From positions 69,979 to 133,978 of the forward strand of contig JAACSN010000002.1 of NCBI GenBank assembly GCA_009993885.1: a DNA stretch of 64,000 bases, given 5' to 3'. This document shows, piece after piece, positions 9,409-17,687 of the stretch. The first letter of the stretch is position 1, and every line of letters begins with the position of its first letter. The notes under the pieces were generated by a model. That model was not told the DNA's origin. It saw only the letters and a list, made by a program, of their open reading frames with translations, and did not search any database. Made by a program: the position numbers and the translations under genes. This DNA comes from Alphaproteobacteria bacterium (GTDB taxonomy: Bacteria; Pseudomonadota; Alphaproteobacteria; Caedimonadales; UBA9215).

Positions 9409-10383
9409 ATGACTACAATCTCCCACTTTAAAGTCGCTATTATCGGTTCCGGCCCCGCCGGCTATACGGCTGCTATTTACACAGCCCGCGCCAACCTTAA
9501 GCCGATTATGTTTACAGGCCTTCAACCGGGCGGACAATTGACAATTACAACGGATGTGGAGAATTATCCCGGATTTGCAGACGCCGTTCAGGGGCCTTGG
9601 TTAATGGAGCAGTTTAAGGCTCAAGCCGAAAATGTCGGTGCGACGTTGCTGCCGGAACATGTCGAAAACGTAGACTTCTCAAAACGCCCTTTTACCCTCA
9701 CAACAGATACCGATAAAACTTACACCGCTGATAGCGTCATTATCAGCACCGGTGCTCAAGCTCGCTGGCTTGGCCTTGAAAGCGAAACCAAATTTCAAGG
9801 CTACGGTGTATCGGGCTGCGCAACCTGCGACGGCTTCTTTTACAAGAATCAAGAAATTGCCGTAATCGGCGGAGGCAATACGGCTGTTGAAGAAGCTCTT
9901 TTTCTTACAAATTTTGCCTCAAAAGTAACCCTTATCCACCGACGAGACGAACTCCGAGCTGAAAAAGTTATGCAAGACCGCCTCCTTAACCACCCCAAAA
10001 TCCAAGTGCTTTGGGATCATACCTTAGAAGAAGTCATAGGCAATGACAATCCTAAGTCTGTCACCGGTCTTAAAGCAAAACATGTGAAAACAGGCGCTGT
10101 CACGGAACTAAAAGTTTCCGGTATTTTCATTGCCATTGGCCACGATCCGGCGACGAAACTCTTTAAAGGACAAATTAACCTTGATGCCGAAGGCTACATC
10201 ATTTGCCCTCCCGGAACAACAAACACGAATATTGACGGGGTTTTTGCTGCCGGAGACGTTCAGGACAAACTTTATCGTCAAGCTGTTACAGCTGCCGGGC
10301 AAGGGTGTATGGCAGCTCTTGATGCCGAACGCTACTTAGCAGCACTTGAAACACCTTCAGAACTTAAAACAGCTTCAAAATAA
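9409..10383 (+). CDS. trxB: Thioredoxin-disulfide reductase
   Basis: FAD motif VAIIGSGPAGYTAA, redox-active CATCDG and NADPH motif VIGGGNTAVEEA. I chose the internal ATG at 9409, which is preceded by CAGGAG, instead of the track start at 9301. Confidence 0.9.
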   Translation: MTTISHFKVAIIGSGPAGYTAAIYTARANLKPIMFTGLQPGGQLTITTDVENYPGFADAVQGPWLMEQFKAQAENVGATLLPEHVENVDFSKRPFTLTTDTDKTYTADSVIISTGAQARWLGLESETKFQGYGVSGCATCDGFFYKNQEIAVIGGGNTAVEEALFLTNFASKVTLIHRRDELRAEKVMQDRLLNHPKIQVLWDHTLEEVIGNDNPKSVTGLKAKHVKTGAVTELKVSGIFIAIGHDPATKLFKGQINLDAEGYIICPPGTTNTNIDGVFAAGDVQDKLYRQAVTAAGQGCMAALDAERYLAALETPSELKTASK

Positions 10384-10809
10384 AATTTCCGTCTTTAAAA
10401 GAAACGTCCTCCTATCAAAGGGGGGCATTTCATCAACAGGATTTCTTTCCTTTCAAAAATACTCTCTTTGTGCTGTAAAAATAAATTCCCTTTCTTTTTC
10501 ATAAAAATTTTTTTTTGCATATTTTTTTTCCGATTTATTAGAATCCTTTAAAAACTTAAGGATTTTTGAAGCAATTTTAGGTCTTCCTACAAAGGCTAAC
10601 TCTTTGACATCCCTTGCGAAAAGGAAATTCGAGACTATTTTTCAGTCTCTTTTCTATTAGAAATAATTGTTTCTAAAATTAACCTTCTGTTAACATCTTT
10701 TTTTGCTTTTTAATTAAAAAAATCCATAATATTTACTTCTTTTTAATAAAGTTGCTGTTTAATGAAACTATGCAATAAGGCAAAACCCAGAAAAAAATAG
10801 GGGGAAAAC

Positions 10810-12708
10810 ATGACAACTATACAACAGAAACTGGAAGTAGTACGTCCGCCACGGGTGAAAATCAGGTATGATGTTCACACAGCAGGGGCTATCGTCGTTA
10901 AAGAACTACCGTATGTTCTTGGCATCATGAGCGACCTGTCTTGCCAATCAGAAGTGCCAAAAGCACCATTCCGTGATCGCAAGTTCGTTGATGTTAGACC
11001 GGATACCTTAACAGATATCATGGAATCTATTCGTCCGAAGGCAATTTTCAATGTTCCGAATCGTTTTACAGAAAAGGGAAAAATTTCCATTGATCTTCTT
11101 TTCTTAACCATTGATGATTTCGAGCCCATTTCCATCATCAATCAAGTTCCCGAGATGAAAGTAAAGTTTGAATCACGTGTTAAACTGAACGATCTTCTTG
11201 CGAAACTTGACGGTAACGCCGATTTGAACGTCGTTATGGATGCGGTTCTTGCCGGTGAATCCAAAACAGCGGATCAAATTGTTGAAGAAGGAAAAATGAT
11301 TCGTGAAGACGCTCAGAAAGCTTATGCTCTTGAACTTGTCGAAGAATTCTTGACTAAAATTGCGAAAGCCGGCGAACATAGCAGTGCTATCACAGCCGTT
11401 AGTGCGGAAGTTGGCCAAATTGACCTAGACCTCTCAGAGCAACTGGACGAAATTCTTCATGCTCCGGAGTTCCAAAAAGTCGAAGGCACATGGCGCGGCT
11501 TGTTCTATCTGGTAACAGGAACGGACATCGGCGCACGTGTTAATGTTCGTTTGTTCAATACCACAAAACAAGAATTGGCTTACGACCTTGAAAAAGCTGT
11601 TGGTTTTGACCAAAGCCAGCTCTTTAAAAAAGTCTATGAAGAAGAATACGGTACCTTTGGCGGTAATCCTTATTCCTTCTTGATGAGTGACTTTGAATTT
11701 AGCCGTACGCAATTCGATATCGAACTTCTTGGTAAAATTTCAGAAGTGTCAGCCGCTGCCCTTGCTCCTTTCATTGCAGGCGCAAACCCCGGTTTGATTG
11801 ATCTTGATACCTTTACGAACCTCGGAAACATTCGCGACGTTGCGACAGTCTTCCAAAGCACAGAACTCGGTAAATGGATGAGCTTCCGTGAGACAGACGA
11901 ATCTCGCTATGTAGCCCTTACTCTTCCTCACGTTTTGTCCCGTGCCCCTTATGGCAAGGACACAAATCCTGTGGACGGTATGAACTACGAAGAGGGCGTT
12001 GACGGAACAGACAACAGTAAATTCTCTTGGATGAGCTCTGCTTGGGCCATGGCCTTGAGAATTCTTGAAGCCTGTAACATGCACGGCTGGCCTGTGGCAA
12101 CACGGGGTGTTGAAAACGGCGGTCTCGTTCGAGGTCTTCCTTACTACACCTTTAAAACAACAGACGGTGATGTTGCTTTGAAATGCCCGACTGAAGTTGC
12201 AATTACGGATCGTCGTGAAAAAGAATTGTCAGACCAAGGTTTGATCGCTCTTGTTCACTGTAAGAACCGTGACTATGCGGCCTTCTTCGGATCACAAACC
12301 ACTCATAAGCCTCTGTTGTATAATACGGACGAAGCCAACTCTAACTCACAGTTATCTGCTCGTTTGTCTTACATCATGGCTGCCAGCCGCTTTGGTCACT
12401 ATATCAAAGTGATGATGAGAGATCGCATCGGTAGCTTTATGGAACGTGAAGATGTTGAAAGATATCTTAACGGTTGGCTTGCCCAATACATCTTGCTTAA
12501 TGCCCGCCCAACGGAAGGTATGAAAGCCAAGTATCCTTTGAAAGCAGGTCGTGTAGATGTGGTTAATGTGCCCGGAGATCCCGGAAACTATAAAGCGGTC
12601 GTGTTCTTACGTCCACACTTCCAACTTGAAGAATTAACAGCATCCCTTCGCTTGGTTGCAGATTTGCCCAAACCTTACCACGAGCAAATCTTGTCCGATC
12701 TGGCTTAA
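10810..12708 (+). CDS. tssB-tssC: Fused T6SS contractile sheath protein (an N-terminal TssB/VipA module joined to TssC/VipB in one ORF)
   Basis: Residues 1 to ~150 match TssB (RVKIRYDVHTAGAIVVKELPYVLGIMSDL; DRKFVDV; LFLTIDDFEPISIINQVPEM). The rest matches TssC (LDEILHAPEFQKVEGTWRGL; EEEYGTFGGNPYSF; APFIAGANP; RYVALTLPHVL; PTEVAITDRREKELSDQGLIAL; LRPHFQLEE). The ORF is uninterrupted, with GGGGAAAAC upstream of the ATG. Confidence 0.85.
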   Translation: MTTIQQKLEVVRPPRVKIRYDVHTAGAIVVKELPYVLGIMSDLSCQSEVPKAPFRDRKFVDVRPDTLTDIMESIRPKAIFNVPNRFTEKGKISIDLLFLTIDDFEPISIINQVPEMKVKFESRVKLNDLLAKLDGNADLNVVMDAVLAGESKTADQIVEEGKMIREDAQKAYALELVEEFLTKIAKAGEHSSAITAVSAEVGQIDLDLSEQLDEILHAPEFQKVEGTWRGLFYLVTGTDIGARVNVRLFNTTKQELAYDLEKAVGFDQSQLFKKVYEEEYGTFGGNPYSFLMSDFEFSRTQFDIELLGKISEVSAAALAPFIAGANPGLIDLDTFTNLGNIRDVATVFQSTELGKWMSFRETDESRYVALTLPHVLSRAPYGKDTNPVDGMNYEEGVDGTDNSKFSWMSSAWAMALRILEACNMHGWPVATRGVENGGLVRGLPYYTFKTTDGDVALKCPTEVAITDRREKELSDQGLIALVHCKNRDYAAFFGSQTTHKPLLYNTDEANSNSQLSARLSYIMAASRFGHYIKVMMRDRIGSFMEREDVERYLNGWLAQYILLNARPTEGMKAKYPLKAGRVDVVNVPGDPGNYKAVVFLRPHFQLEELTASLRLVADLPKPYHEQILSDLA

Positions 12709-12742
12709 GGCTCATGCAATAAAAAAATAAAGGAGAAAAATA

Positions 12743-13345
12743 ATGGCACAAGTACTAACAGAACAAGCCGTAGGTCTACCGCTAGAAAGGATTTCCGGCA
12801 CAGCACACGGCTCTGAAGCCTGGGCTAGCAACCGTGTCGGCGAGCAATATGCCGGCGCAACGAAATCCGGTAATGTCTTTTGTAAGATTGAAATCGCCGG
12901 AAACGTTGTGACTAAGTCTGAAACGGAAGGATTTGAAGAGTGGACGACCCTTGCCTCTATGAATATCTTGGATATCGTGCGGCAAACCAATCCTAATCCG
13001 ACCAACGATAAAATCGAATCAGGTCGTGTGATTGTTCAAAACACACCTCTTTTGATTCCACACGAAGGAAACTCCATTGACCTTGCAAAGGCTCTCATTG
13101 ACGGATCACAAGTTAATGTCTATGTCACACGTATCGGTCACTTCAAAGGAGAGCAAAGATTGCCTATTGAAGAGTACACTTTTACAAACTGTGCAATTCA
13201 AAGGCTTCAGGATAAAGGAGATATGCTCTCTGTTACTTTCCGAGCAACAATCATCAAGAAAATTATCAACTCTTATGATAAAGAAGGAACAAAGCTAGGT
13301 ACTGCCGAGTTCACTTATGATCTTGCTCTAAACAAAGTTGAGTAA
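12743..13345 (+). CDS. hcp: Hcp-like T6SS inner-tube protein with an N-terminal extension of ~40-45 aa
   Basis: An AAGGAG RBS lies upstream. From about residue 45 the sequence follows the Hcp pattern (VFCKIEIAGNVV..E..EW; a later block EYTFTNCAIQRLQ; C-terminal SVTFRA...EFTYDLALNKV). It occupies the position between the sheath gene and tssE. Confidence 0.6.
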   Translation: MAQVLTEQAVGLPLERISGTAHGSEAWASNRVGEQYAGATKSGNVFCKIEIAGNVVTKSETEGFEEWTTLASMNILDIVRQTNPNPTNDKIESGRVIVQNTPLLIPHEGNSIDLAKALIDGSQVNVYVTRIGHFKGEQRLPIEEYTFTNCAIQRLQDKGDMLSVTFRATIIKKIINSYDKEGTKLGTAEFTYDLALNKVE

Positions 13346-13375
13346 TAAACTATCCGTATCCGCTTATCATTATGT

Positions 13376-13415
13376 GGGCTTGAAAATCTTAAAAAGGGTT
13401 TTCAAGCCCCTTTCA
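13376..13415 (+). terminator. Perfect 11-bp stem hairpin after hcp (a possible partial terminator or attenuator)
   Basis: GGGCTTGAAAA (13376-13386) pairs with TTTTCAAGCCC (13399-13409) across a 12-nt loop. Only a short, weak T-tract (CTTTC) follows. Confidence 0.5.
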
Positions 13416-13488
13416 TGAAAAGCTTTTTAGAGAGGTAAAGTCTATGAATATCCGACAGAAAAAAAAGAGATTTGAAAAAGGAGCCCCG

Positions 13489-13932
13489 ATGCCCCTTTTT
13501 GATCGTTTAATTGACGAAGAACCTCACATTCGCAATGAACTTATTACAAAGAATTTCCTGCATGATGAAGAACTTCAACTTTCCATCGGTCAAGAACTCT
13601 CTAATATTTTAGACACCAGAATTGGTTCGGATGTAGATTGGCCGGAAGACTCGGATCATGACGCTGTGTTCTTGCCCGAGCAGTTTGGCTTACGAGACTA
13701 TGCGGGACTTTTTGCTCAATCGGACAGCGGCAAGCGAGAAATTGCCTCTCACGTTCGAGCAGCGATCTTACGCTTTGAACCTCGTTTACAAAACCCGCGG
13801 GTTCAAATTACCGAAGCTCATGCAGAAAGGTTTGATGTGACCGTTGCGATTACCGGAGATGTTGTCATTGATGACATCCGCAAAAAAGTTCAGTTTCCCA
13901 TGATCTTGCACAACATTATGACACGCGTCTAA
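13489..13932 (+). CDS. tssE: T6SS baseplate wedge protein TssE (gp25/GPW family)
   Basis: Motifs PLFDRLIDEEP, ELSNILDTRIG, FGLRDY and AILRFEPRLQNPRV. I prefer the ATG at 13489, which is preceded by AAGGAG; the alternative start is 13444. Confidence 0.8.
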   Translation: MPLFDRLIDEEPHIRNELITKNFLHDEELQLSIGQELSNILDTRIGSDVDWPEDSDHDAVFLPEQFGLRDYAGLFAQSDSGKREIASHVRAAILRFEPRLQNPRVQITEAHAERFDVTVAITGDVVIDDIRKKVQFPMILHNIMTRV

Positions 13933-14025
13933 TATGCCCGCCCCCTCATCATGCTCTTTTGGCGACATATAGTCATTCCAAACGCTTCCCGGACGTCCTC
14001 GTCGGCGTCTGCCTTTTTAAAAAGA

Positions 14026-15243
14026 CTACAAATCGTGCGAAATCTTTTGAGCCCTCTTTAGAACGACGGCCATTAATACACCGGCAGCTCCCAACCAGGT
14101 CATCCACCACTTATGCCAAATACTGTGAGAAAGACTTAAAATAACAAAGGACATAACAGAAAATAGCATCGCCCAAGCTGTCGCCTGACGACTTTCTAAT
14201 TTCGCGATAGAGCGAAAAAGCATAAAATGTAACACAGCCAAAATAAGAGCGCCCACACCGCCAAGCTCAAGCCAAAGTTGCATAATATGGTTATGGGGAT
14301 GGGACGGTAGGATATCGCTTCCCTCAAAGGTTGTAAGCCCGTCTGTCGGAAACCCCCGTGAAGTCGAGGCTCCCCACCCTAAAAATGCCTTTTCCCAAAT
14401 CTGTTTTGTGATGAAATCCCAAATGTAAAGGCGATGGGCAAAGGAGGATAGGCCGGAAGTAAACCACAAGGCTTTTAGATCCAGCGCAGGAACCAAAAAA
14501 TGAAAAATAAAAGGCAGGCTTAAACATAAAAAGGCTGATAAATAAGCACTAAACATGGGAATAAAATAGGAAAATCGATACCCTAATCCGGCAGCAATTC
14601 CCGCAATAATAAGACCGAATACCCCCGCTTGGTAATCGACTTGATAAGCGAGCAGAATAGAAAAGAGCACCAATAATAAAGCTATACCTTTTTGCCTAAG
14701 GTGCAAATGCCTATAGGCCGCAAGAGGAATAGCAACAACTAACAAAAGAGCACTATTTGGCTTTAAAGTAGACCAGCCGTATCCCAGAAGAACCTTAAAG
14801 GTCTTAAAAAAGAGCGGTATTTGCAAAAACAACAAGAAAATACTCAGAAAAACAAGACCTGTTAGCACTTGCATCGCCCAAGAAAATGATCGTCGGCTCA
14901 AAGAATGTAAATGTGTAAAAAGAACGGCAATTAAAAAAAGAGTTGCCGTTTGGGACAGGCTTGCTTTAAAGCTTTGCAAAGGTTTTATCGACCACGCAGA
15001 CGAGAAAAAAGACCATAACACTAAAACCGTGAAAACAAAAAAAACAGGATGTTTTAAGACACGGTACAGATCCTTTGCAAACGCTCTTTTATTTTGGCAA
15101 AAAAGGGTTAAAACAACCCCGGCACTCCACAAAAGGGCAACGGTGAAATGGCGCAAAGAAACGACAGTAACCGGCATCCCGAGGGAAAAGAGCATAATAA
15201 AGAATTGCTGAAGCGGACTAAAGGTTTTAAAGTGATTTATCAT
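14026..15243 (-). CDS. O-antigen ligase / Wzy_C family polytopic membrane protein
   Basis: Has about 10-12 predicted TM segments and a periplasmic loop with SHPHNHIMQLWLELGGVG, which is typical of the RfaL/Wzy_C family. Confidence 0.7.
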   Translation of the reverse strand: MINHFKTFSPLQQFFIMLFSLGMPVTVVSLRHFTVALLWSAGVVLTLFCQNKRAFAKDLYRVLKHPVFFVFTVLVLWSFFSSAWSIKPLQSFKASLSQTATLFLIAVLFTHLHSLSRRSFSWAMQVLTGLVFLSIFLLFLQIPLFFKTFKVLLGYGWSTLKPNSALLLVVAIPLAAYRHLHLRQKGIALLLVLFSILLAYQVDYQAGVFGLIIAGIAAGLGYRFSYFIPMFSAYLSAFLCLSLPFIFHFLVPALDLKALWFTSGLSSFAHRLYIWDFITKQIWEKAFLGWGASTSRGFPTDGLTTFEGSDILPSHPHNHIMQLWLELGGVGALILAVLHFMLFRSIAKLESRQATAWAMLFSVMSFVILSLSHSIWHKWWMTWLGAAGVLMAVVLKRAQKISHDL

Positions 15244-15281
15244 ACTTAGGTTAAAAAATTTCCAACAAGGTTAAAGACATA

Positions 15282-16151
15282 ATGCGCACGCTTCATCATA
15301 AAAATCGAGCTGTTTTCAAACTGCAAGGGCCTGATACACTCTCCTTTTTGCAAGGTATTATAACCAACGACAGTGAAACCTTACCGGAAAAAAATATTTT
15401 GTACACCGTTATGCTGACACCGACAGGACGTTTCCACTTTGAATTTTTTCTCTATCAGGGCAATGAAAACGGCAATAGCTGTGTTTACCTTGATACCCCC
15501 GCCCCCTTTGCAAGCGATCTTTTTAAACGGATGCGCCTTTTTAAATTAAGGGCTAATGTGAGCGTAGAGGATATCTCTGATAAAGCGCACGTGGCCACCT
15601 ACCATGACGCCCCTCCTCCGGAAAAGAGCTTTGCTTTTCAAGATCCTCGCCACCCGAACTTAGGGTATCGCGGCCTTGTCTTTAAGAATATCACAGAAGA
15701 AAATCAGGAAGATGACGCCTTTTACACACGCCTTTGCCTAAAAGAATGTATCCCCCGCGCCGGAGTCGAGCTCATTCCTGAAAAAACCATTCCTCTCGAA
15801 GCTAATCTGGAGGAACTCAACGCGCTGTGCTTCACAAAAGGTTGCTATTTAGGCCAAGAACTCACTGCGCGCACAAAGCACCAAGGCATGGTTCGCAAAA
15901 AGCTCTACTCTGTTTTAATTGACGGGCAGATAAACGATGAAATGCTTGAAAAAGGTATAACAATTTATGACGGCGACCGTAAAGTCGGAGTCCTTTTATC
16001 CTATGGTAATGACCTTGGCATTGCAAAGCTTCGCATTGAGGATGTTAAAGAAGGCCAAGGAAAGCCTAAGGTTTGGCAGGGTATTTCAACAGAAACCAAA
16101 ACAGAGTGCTGTAAAATAACGCACATCCCAGATAAAGCATCCCCAAAGTAA
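15282..16151 (+). CDS. ygfZ: YgfZ/CAF17 folate-binding protein (Fe-S cluster repair / tRNA modification)
   Basis: Carries the signature motif TKGCYLGQELTAR and has GcvT-like fold length. Its C-terminal ~25 aa overlap the convergent downstream gene. Confidence 0.8.
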   Translation: MRTLHHKNRAVFKLQGPDTLSFLQGIITNDSETLPEKNILYTVMLTPTGRFHFEFFLYQGNENGNSCVYLDTPAPFASDLFKRMRLFKLRANVSVEDISDKAHVATYHDAPPPEKSFAFQDPRHPNLGYRGLVFKNITEENQEDDAFYTRLCLKECIPRAGVELIPEKTIPLEANLEELNALCFTKGCYLGQELTARTKHQGMVRKKLYSVLIDGQINDEMLEKGITIYDGDRKVGVLLSYGNDLGIAKLRIEDVKEGQGKPKVWQGISTETKTECCKITHIPDKASPK

Positions 16152-17061
16152 AAGGATCCCTCATATTAAAAATAAACGCGGTAAATCCTTGAAGCACAAG
16201 GAGTCCTGCATAAAGACTTGTTACTTTTAAATGAGGCCACCCTTTAAGGTTTAATTGGTGAAAGAAAAATCCTTTATGGGGGGTTGTTACAGATTTACGC
16301 TGCAGTAAGCGCAAAGCAACGGTGGCGCTAATGTCAAAAAGGACGGGGAAAAATAAGTATCCCATGACCAAAACAGACTCTGAAATATCTTGAAATTCCA
16401 ACAACAAAAAGCTTGGCAAACAAAACCCTGTAAAAAAAGTCCCGACATCCCCTTGGATAATTTTCCCCTTATAATTCCAATATAAAAAGCCTAAAAGACC
16501 CGGCACAAGTGCCAGGTACAAAACCGATGTCGTAGAGAAAAAGAGGAATGCAAAAAGAGACACGATTAAAGCAGCTGTTCCGGCAAGTCCGTTAAGCCCG
16601 TCAAAAAAATTATAAGCGTTCACAAACCCCCCCAGTAAAATGAGCAGAACTATAAATTTTAGACTCAAGAGGTCAACGTATGGAAAAACATTTATTATCA
16701 CAAGGGCACTGACGGTTAATTGGACAGCCAAGCGCTTTAAGAAAGAAATTTCAACAACTTCATCCACAAAGCCCATAAGACCTAAAAACATTCCCCCTCC
16801 GAGAATCCACAAAACGGGGGGTGTAATCAAAGGCGCCACATAAAAATGGTATGCCGTAATGAATGTTAAAAACCCACAGATAATCGCGACACCTCCTGAT
16901 GTCGGGATAGGTTGTACGTGGGAAGATCTCTCTTTGGGATGATCCAAGATATTTAACATCATCATGCCGTGGGTTACGACAAAAGAGACAAATCCTGCAC
17001 CCAATAAGGAAAAAAGAACTTCTAATTCGCTTTCAAAACCTGTGGAAGTTACTAAAAACAC
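16066..17061 (-). CDS. Glycosyltransferase family 4 (MraY/WecA-type polyprenyl-phosphate sugar-1-phosphate transferase)
   Basis: Polytopic membrane protein with the motif NAYNFFDGLNGLAG. Confidence 0.8.
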   Translation of the reverse strand: MFLVTSTGFESELEVLFSLLGAGFVSFVVTHGMMMLNILDHPKERSSHVQPIPTSGGVAIICGFLTFITAYHFYVAPLITPPVLWILGGGMFLGLMGFVDEVVEISFLKRLAVQLTVSALVIINVFPYVDLLSLKFIVLLILLGGFVNAYNFFDGLNGLAGTAALIVSLFAFLFFSTTSVLYLALVPGLLGFLYWNYKGKIIQGDVGTFFTGFCLPSFLLLEFQDISESVLVMGYLFFPVLFDISATVALRLLQRKSVTTPHKGFFFHQLNLKGWPHLKVTSLYAGLLVLQGFTAFIFNMRDPFTLGMLYLGCALFYSTLFWFLLKYPAKP

Positions 17062-17066
17062 GTTAC

Positions 17067-17687
17067 TTACCTCTTATTAAATTGCTGCACTTGATGGCGC
17101 GTTGCATTGGGCAACCCAAGAATCGCCGGAATATTAGGATCCTTGGAATCAAAAAATGTATAAGACAGGGTAATGGTCTCAACATCCTTACAATTCGGAT
17201 CATTCATAATAGCAGGATCAATAAAAAATTGAACCGGCATACTGGCTGTTTCATGGGCATTGATTATCTGCTCTTCAAAACAAAAACAATGGATTTTATT
17301 AAAATACTGAGCCGCCTTGTCAGGGGTCACGTTATAGGTTGCAATACCTGTAAAATCTTTGGACGTTCTATTAGTAACTTCATAAAACCCGAGACCTGTT
17401 TCTCCGACATAAACTGTTGTTGCAACCCGAAGGGGCTTAAAGTCCCAAGGCAAGTCTCGATGGACGTCCGCGTTAAAGCGAACGATTATAACGCGATCAA
17501 CCGAATACCCCGCCCCTTGAAGAGCAATTTTAACGGTGCCGCCGTAACCGGTTCGTTGACAAAAAATACGATAAAGGGGAACGGATGCAAAAGACAACGC
17601 CAACATAGCAAAAACAAGAGAAAATAAAATAATCGCCCCATGGCGATTGCTTTGTTTTAGAGGGGGAGTCGTTTTCTTTTTTACCAC
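17067..17687 (-). CDS. ctaG: Cytochrome c oxidase assembly protein CtaG/Cox11
   Basis: Has an N-terminal TM anchor, the copper-binding CFCF motif (IHCFCFEEQ), a GTG start, and cta cluster context. Confidence 0.85.
   Translation of the reverse strand: MVKKKTTPPLKQSNRHGAIILFSLVFAMLALSFASVPLYRIFCQRTGYGGTVKIALQGAGYSVDRVIIVRFNADVHRDLPWDFKPLRVATTVYVGETGLGFYEVTNRTSKDFTGIATYNVTPDKAAQYFNKIHCFCFEEQIINAHETASMPVQFFIDPAIMNDPNCKDVETITLSYTFFDSKDPNIPAILGLPNATRHQVQQFNKR

Noticed and set aside
10384-10809. A sigma-54 promoter or enhancer upstream of the T6SS module.
   Set aside because: I found no GG-N10-GC (TGGCAC-N5-TTGC) element by eye. The TTGC(A/T) matches lack an upstream GG.
17082-17627. Long antisense ORFs in the track. 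Examples are 17082-17627 opposite ctaG, 23432-23962 opposite accC, 48634-49146 opposite the OMP gene, 52271-52768 opposite sodB, 6093-6518 and 7656-8096 opposite mvaA/mvaS, and 19375-19731 opposite ctaD.
   Set aside because: Each lies entirely inside a strongly supported CDS on the other strand. They have odd composition (rich in R, C and K or otherwise low complexity) and no RBS or recognisable motif, so they are typical shadow ORFs.
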